Shown one piece after another: positions 59,217 through 64,000 of a stretch of DNA of 64,000 nt (its first letter is position 1; each line of letters begins with the position of its first letter). Under the pieces are notes generated by a model that saw nothing but the letters and a program-made list of their open reading frames with translations, had not been told where the DNA came from and ran no database searches. A program made the position numbers and the translations under genes. This DNA is from Eledone cirrhosa (Eukaryota), in contig OZ024740.1 of NCBI GenBank assembly GCA_964016885.1, forward strand, positions 57,784,001-57,848,000. Reading direction: 5' to 3'.

Positions 59217-59819
59217 ATTAAAGGTGGAAAACTGGGAGAGGGCACTTGCCCTGGTGGTCAGGTTCACTGTGGTCTTTTAATGGGCTTTCTCCACAAATGT
59301 CCCTCGGAAGTCTCCCCCCTATTGGGGAATTTTTCTTTGTTATTTTATTACATCCTCTGTTTTTTTTTACACGCAGAAATGCCCATTTGTACCATCCTGC
59401 ATTGTCCTGTACTGTCCTTAATGTCTACTTTATGTAAACCCTTGTGGTTAATAAAGAAAACATTATTATTATTATTATTATTTTATTATTATTATTAAAG
59501 GCAAAATTAACCTCGATGAGTTCAATCCCGTTGAAGTTAATTTTGCATTTCATCCTTATGGGGTCAATAAAATAAAGTACCAGTAATGCACTGGGTAATT
59601 ACTGGCCTTGTGCCAAAAGAAGAAACAATTATTATTATTATTATTATTTTTCAGCTTTTCCCTCTCCCAAATTACTTACTGGATTTGTGCCTAAAGTAGA
59701 AATCATTATCATTTTCACACCAGTATATAGGATGCAGTTAGATTTTGGGAAATGCAATACATAACATACTTCTTGGGGCACATCTGTGCTGGGAAAAACA
59801 ACAAATAATTAACTTAAAA

Positions 59820-60535
59820 ACATCATAAGAGATGTACCGCGTGGGTACATTGAAAATGTAGTTGTGTGAAGGGATTATTAAATAATGTAGCAGCTACATT
59901 TATGTGTAAATTGTGTCTGAAGGGAGCTACATATGGAGAGGATGTTGAGCTGGAACTTGGGAATGGTGTAAAGCTGGAAGGTGTGAAAATGTTTTATCTT
60001 GAAGACATGTTGAATATGGAGAGGATGGGTTGGGTTAGACTCTGCGACAGTATCTAATGTGAAATGTACAAGGAGAAAGTTCCAGGGACTGAGAGGTGTG
60101 CTAATGATGGGGAAGCATTGCTGAAACAGAATGAAAACATATATGTTGTATATCTGAGAAGTGTTATGATTTATTGGAGCAAAATATAGGACAGCAGAGA
60201 AGGCTGAAAAGAATGGAAATATGACTGGATCAGTGGATAAGTGGAGTATCACTGAAAGAGAGGAAGACAAACAAGGAATTGCAGAGGATGATGGGGAAAG
60301 AACCAATGCTGAATGTGAAGAGAAATGGAATAAGATGGTCATGTGTTGAGAAAGGACAAAAGAAATTGGAAGATCAAGTAAGTCATGGCCAAACATGATG
60401 GAGGAGGAAATGAAAGCCAGCGGTTTAGTGATGGAGGATGCAGACAATAGGGAAAAATTGAGAAGCTAGTCATGGAGCCCACAAGGCTAATCCCTGCATT
60501 AGCAGGGAAGGTGGCCTTAAAAAGCTAGTTGTTGT
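59820..60535 (+). mobile_element. Old RTE remnant with PHD trace
   Basis: WVH..CS.VKGLL....FMCKLC...VKMFYL.DML and decayed C-terminus. Confidence 0.6.
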
Positions 60536-60989
60536 GTATGGGTTTGCAACTTATATTAATTTGCTCTTTTAGTCTTCAGACTAAACCATATTTTATTTTC
60601 ATATGGTATTTTTGGAGACTTTGTCAGTAAACAGTTTCAAATTTGAATACAGGAAAAAAAAATGCAAAAAGCTATAAAATAACACACCAATCCTGGGTGG
60701 TAGATTGGTGCAACCATTAGAGCATTGCAAAAGATGCCTTGCAGTATTTGTTTCTGATTTGAAACCCAACTTGTGTAATAGACTTAATCCACCCAATTTA
60801 ATCAACTACTTGGCTTGCAGGAACCATTAGCAGGGTCCACTCTTTTGCAACCATTCAAATTAGGTCTCTGGTCTGAGAATATTTTCTTCCCTTCCTCTCT
60901 CCTACAGTTTTAGAGACCCTGGTCAACAAAGCAAGTTGTTTGTACTAGGTGTGTATATATTGAGCGATGAAATTAGTTGGAATGAATTT

Positions 60990-61570
60990 CATACAGGATG
61001 GACCATGTGAAGGTTGTCATTTCCCATCCCACAGGAATACTGAAACAGTGGATCACCTAATACCTGCATGCACCACCTTAGCACCATATGAATAAAATGT
61101 GTGTCATGATAGACATGACAGTACCTGCCAATTGCAATGTGTCTTACAAGATATTTGAAAACATTTCAAAGTACAAGGATCTTGAAATAGAGATTGAAAC
61201 AGTGTGTGGTATGAAGGCCACCACTATGCTAGTGGTAGTTGGAGCACTGGGGCTTGATAAACACGAGAACTTACAAACTCTTAAATCACATGCCAGGTAA
61301 ATCTTGTATAAAAGAAATTTTAAAAAAATCTTACTTACTAGTACTGCCCACATTTTGCAAAGAGCATTGTCAATGTAATGTTGGGAGGGTAAACCATGTT
61401 GTACCCATGGAGAAAAGGGTGCAATTTATCCATTATATATTTTGTAACAATCAGTTATCTATGACATGGTAAAAATGTATCATAACAAACCATCTCCCAC
61501 ACCAGGGCCCTGGTTGAGACTTGTATGTGAATATACAGATATCCAAGAAAACAAAATAATAAAACAAAAT
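60990..61570 (+). mobile_element. R4/Dong-clade remnant (CCHC + RLE)
   Basis: ETVDHLIPACTTLA, then IDMTVP...KYKDLEIEI...VVVGALG; AAT-rich end. Confidence 0.75.
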
Positions 61571-61574
61571 AGAT

Positions 61575-62070
61575 AACGCTGTAGATTCACCCAATGTAGA
61601 TTATGTGGTGGAACAATGAGAGTGTGTGGCACATCATTAGTGTATACCCCAAATTAGCCCAAAGAGAATGGAAGAGAAGACATGATACAGTTGCTAAGGT
61701 TATCCAATGGAAGTTCTGTGAGAATTATAATCTGCAATGAAATGAACTGTTGATATGAATATTAACCAGAGGGAATAATTGAGAATGATGATGTAAAGGT
61801 CTTACTGGACATGACTAAAAAAGCAAGGAGACTAGATATAGCTGTGATAGAAAAAAGAGAGAGAACATGTTGAATTATCGATGTCACCATTCCAAAGAAA
61901 AAGAGAAAATTGATAAATACTAGGACCTTAGAATTGAAGTCCAAAGAATATGGAACATAAGAAAGGTTGAAGTCATATCAATAATGATAGGTGCTCTTGG
62001 TTGTGCTACCAAGAACTTAGAAAAATTAATAGAAGAACTTGGGATCCATCAATGACTGAGATTCCAAGAA

Positions 62071-62109
<39 letters not shown>

Positions 62110-62110
62110 T
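61575..62110 (+). mobile_element. Second R4/Dong-clade remnant ending in (AAT)n
   Basis: CRLCG..ESVWHIIS..PKLAQ.E.KRRHD.VAK.I.W; DIAVIEK...IIDVTIP; IMIGALG; (AAT)n at 62072-62110. Confidence 0.75.
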
Positions 62111-62183
62111 GTTTCTACTTTAGGCACAAGGCCAGCAAATACCCAGTGCATTACTGGTACTTTATTTTATCGACCCTGTAACG

Positions 62184-64000
62184 ATGCTTTCTTTATTAAC
62201 CACAAGGGTTTCATAAAGTAGACGTTAAGGACAGTACAGGACAATACAGGACGGTACAAATGGGCATTTCTGTGTGTAAAAAAGCAGAGGATGTAATAAA
62301 AATAACAATGAAAAATAGGGGGGAGACTTCCGAGGGACATTTGTGGAGAAAGCCCAGTAAAAGGCCACAGTGACCCTGACCACCAGGGCAAGTGCCCTCT
62401 CCCAGTTTTCCACCTTTAATTTACAGACACATACTCAGAGTCGGCCCATTCACTCGGGCCATACTTGCTTCTCTCACCCATCTTTCAACAAAATGCTGGG
62501 AAGAGAGCATTTCCCTCTCTACCCTGATTTTCCTTTTCAAATGAAATTTGAAAAAGTTAATCAGGGCATCACCGAAGAGGTAAGTGCTCGTCTTCAGCCC
62601 TTTCAAACGTGCCCACCATACTATCTCTTTCGCCATGGCCACCAGACAGATAAAAACTGCCTGGTCTTCCCGGCTAAAGGAAGAGGGCGGGGAAATCCTC
62701 ACGATGGACTCAGATGATAGCCGGATCCGTCCTACACGTGACAGCAGGTGTTCAACATAAACCCACAAGTCAGCAATGCTCGGACACTGGACGAGTGTGT
62801 GCAGGAAGGTTTTGTCGCCCTGCGCGCATCTCAGACATGCCCGGCTGACAGCACCTCCATGCCTGTAGAGTTTATCCCGAACTGGCAAAGCTCCCCGGTA
62901 GCACTGCCAGGCCAGGGATTTCTGAAAGTTGTCCATAGGCCCCGGCCCGAAAGTCCTTCCGAAGAGATTGGCTAGTTGATTTTCGTCGACGCCTAGAGTT
63001 TCCCCAATTACGTCGTCGCTCTTCCCCTCCACTAATCCTCTATAGAACGCCAAGGTGGAGTTTCCACCGATCACATTGCCCGATTGGTCGAGGGCTGTGA
63101 GCGCCTGAAGACATTCCAGTCTCCAAGCGCTCCCTCTCGGTCTTCGCTTGACCCAGGACTGCAGCTCCGTCAAGGAGACAAGCTGGGGAAAGATGCGTCT
63201 AGCAAACGGCAACCACACCTGATCACCGTCGAAGAAGAGGTGGAGATGTCGTAGCCTGAGCGCGTGTCTGCGCATCATCAGCCACGGCATTCCCAGCCCT
63301 CCACGTAGCGGGTGTTGACAGCAGATGGACCGCCTGACCATCGGACTGCGTCCCTTCCACAAAGAGCGAAAGAGCAAACGCTCCAGCGCAGTCAGGCGGG
63401 GCTTAGGACGAGGTACGACGGTCAGGCGGTAGTAGATGATGGATGCAATGTACGTGTTAGCCACCGCTCGACCTTTCAGGGATAGCTTCCTCTCCGCCCA
63501 TTTCTGGGTGAGAGAAGCCACCCTGCTCGTCACCTCGTCCCAGTTTTTGTTCGTCTGGAGGTCTGGACCGAACCAGAGCCCTAGCAATTTAACTGGTCCG
63601 TCCGTCCAGCGCCCGACGACGCAGTTGGACGGCATGGACCTGCCTCTCCAGGTGCCGAGCTGCAGGCCCACTGACTTTTCCTGGTTGATCATTGCTCCTG
63701 TCAACGCTTCGTATTCTCTTAGTGTAGTGCCGATCGCCTCGATGTGTTTGGCATTCAACACCACTATGGTGACATCGTCTGCATATGCTGACATGGATCT
63801 TCCGCATCCTAGTTCGCGCGGGACCCCCCTCAATGTCTCCAGTTTGTGCAGTAATGGCTCGAGAGTCAATACGTACAAGAGGGACGACAGGGGACATCCT
63901 TGGCGGACCGAGCGCATGATGTTGAACGGTTCCGAAAGGTGACCGTTCACTCTCACCACAGAGCAGATGTCGCTGTGCATGGCAGCGATCCAGACTCTGA
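62184..64000 (-). mobile_element. Tx1/L1-clade LINE copy, runs off the window end
   Basis: Open 519-aa ORF 62421-63980, closely matching 57640-59216, with the same 3' UTR. Confidence 0.95.

Larger units (their letters stand above)
53433..59461 (+). mobile_element. Full-length Tx1/L1-clade LINE flanked by (ATT)n
   Basis: 5' UTR, ORF1 with CCHC knuckle, ORF2 with APE+RT+Zn knuckle, AATAAA at 59450. (ATT)n on both sides. Confidence 0.92.

Overview
AT-rich, repeat-saturated animal genomic DNA. The repeat set (RTE LINEs with (GAT)n tails, CORE-type tRNA SINEs, TTAA MITEs, very long (TA)n) is what I associate with octopus genomes, which is an inference. The only host coding exon I can support is the first coding exon of a TCEANC2-like gene (minus strand, 32356-32448). 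Positions 1-32355 are therefore probably one large intron, and I did not find exon 2. The rest is mobile DNA. 4.2-16 kb is a (TA)n array filled with two young RTE subfamilies whose RT carries an embedded PHD finger, three hammerhead-ribozyme-bearing Penelope/retrozyme-like modules and a maT (DD37D) deletion derivative. 52.8-64 kb is an (ATT/AAT)n-associated cluster of Tx1/L1-type LINEs (one full length), R4/Dong remnants and SINEs. CRE, mariner, Tigger, hAT and piggyBac-like relics are scattered throughout. The most interesting signals are: (1) an apparent chain of back-to-back, covarying H-type pseudoknots in the RTE 3' UTRs; (2) several distinct hammerhead ribozymes, one with a greatly expanded stem II; (3) a shared 3' terminus between the Tx1 LINE and an (ATT)n-tailed SINE; (4) partitioning of retroelement families by microsatellite target. 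All structures and family calls were read by eye; no search or folding program was run.
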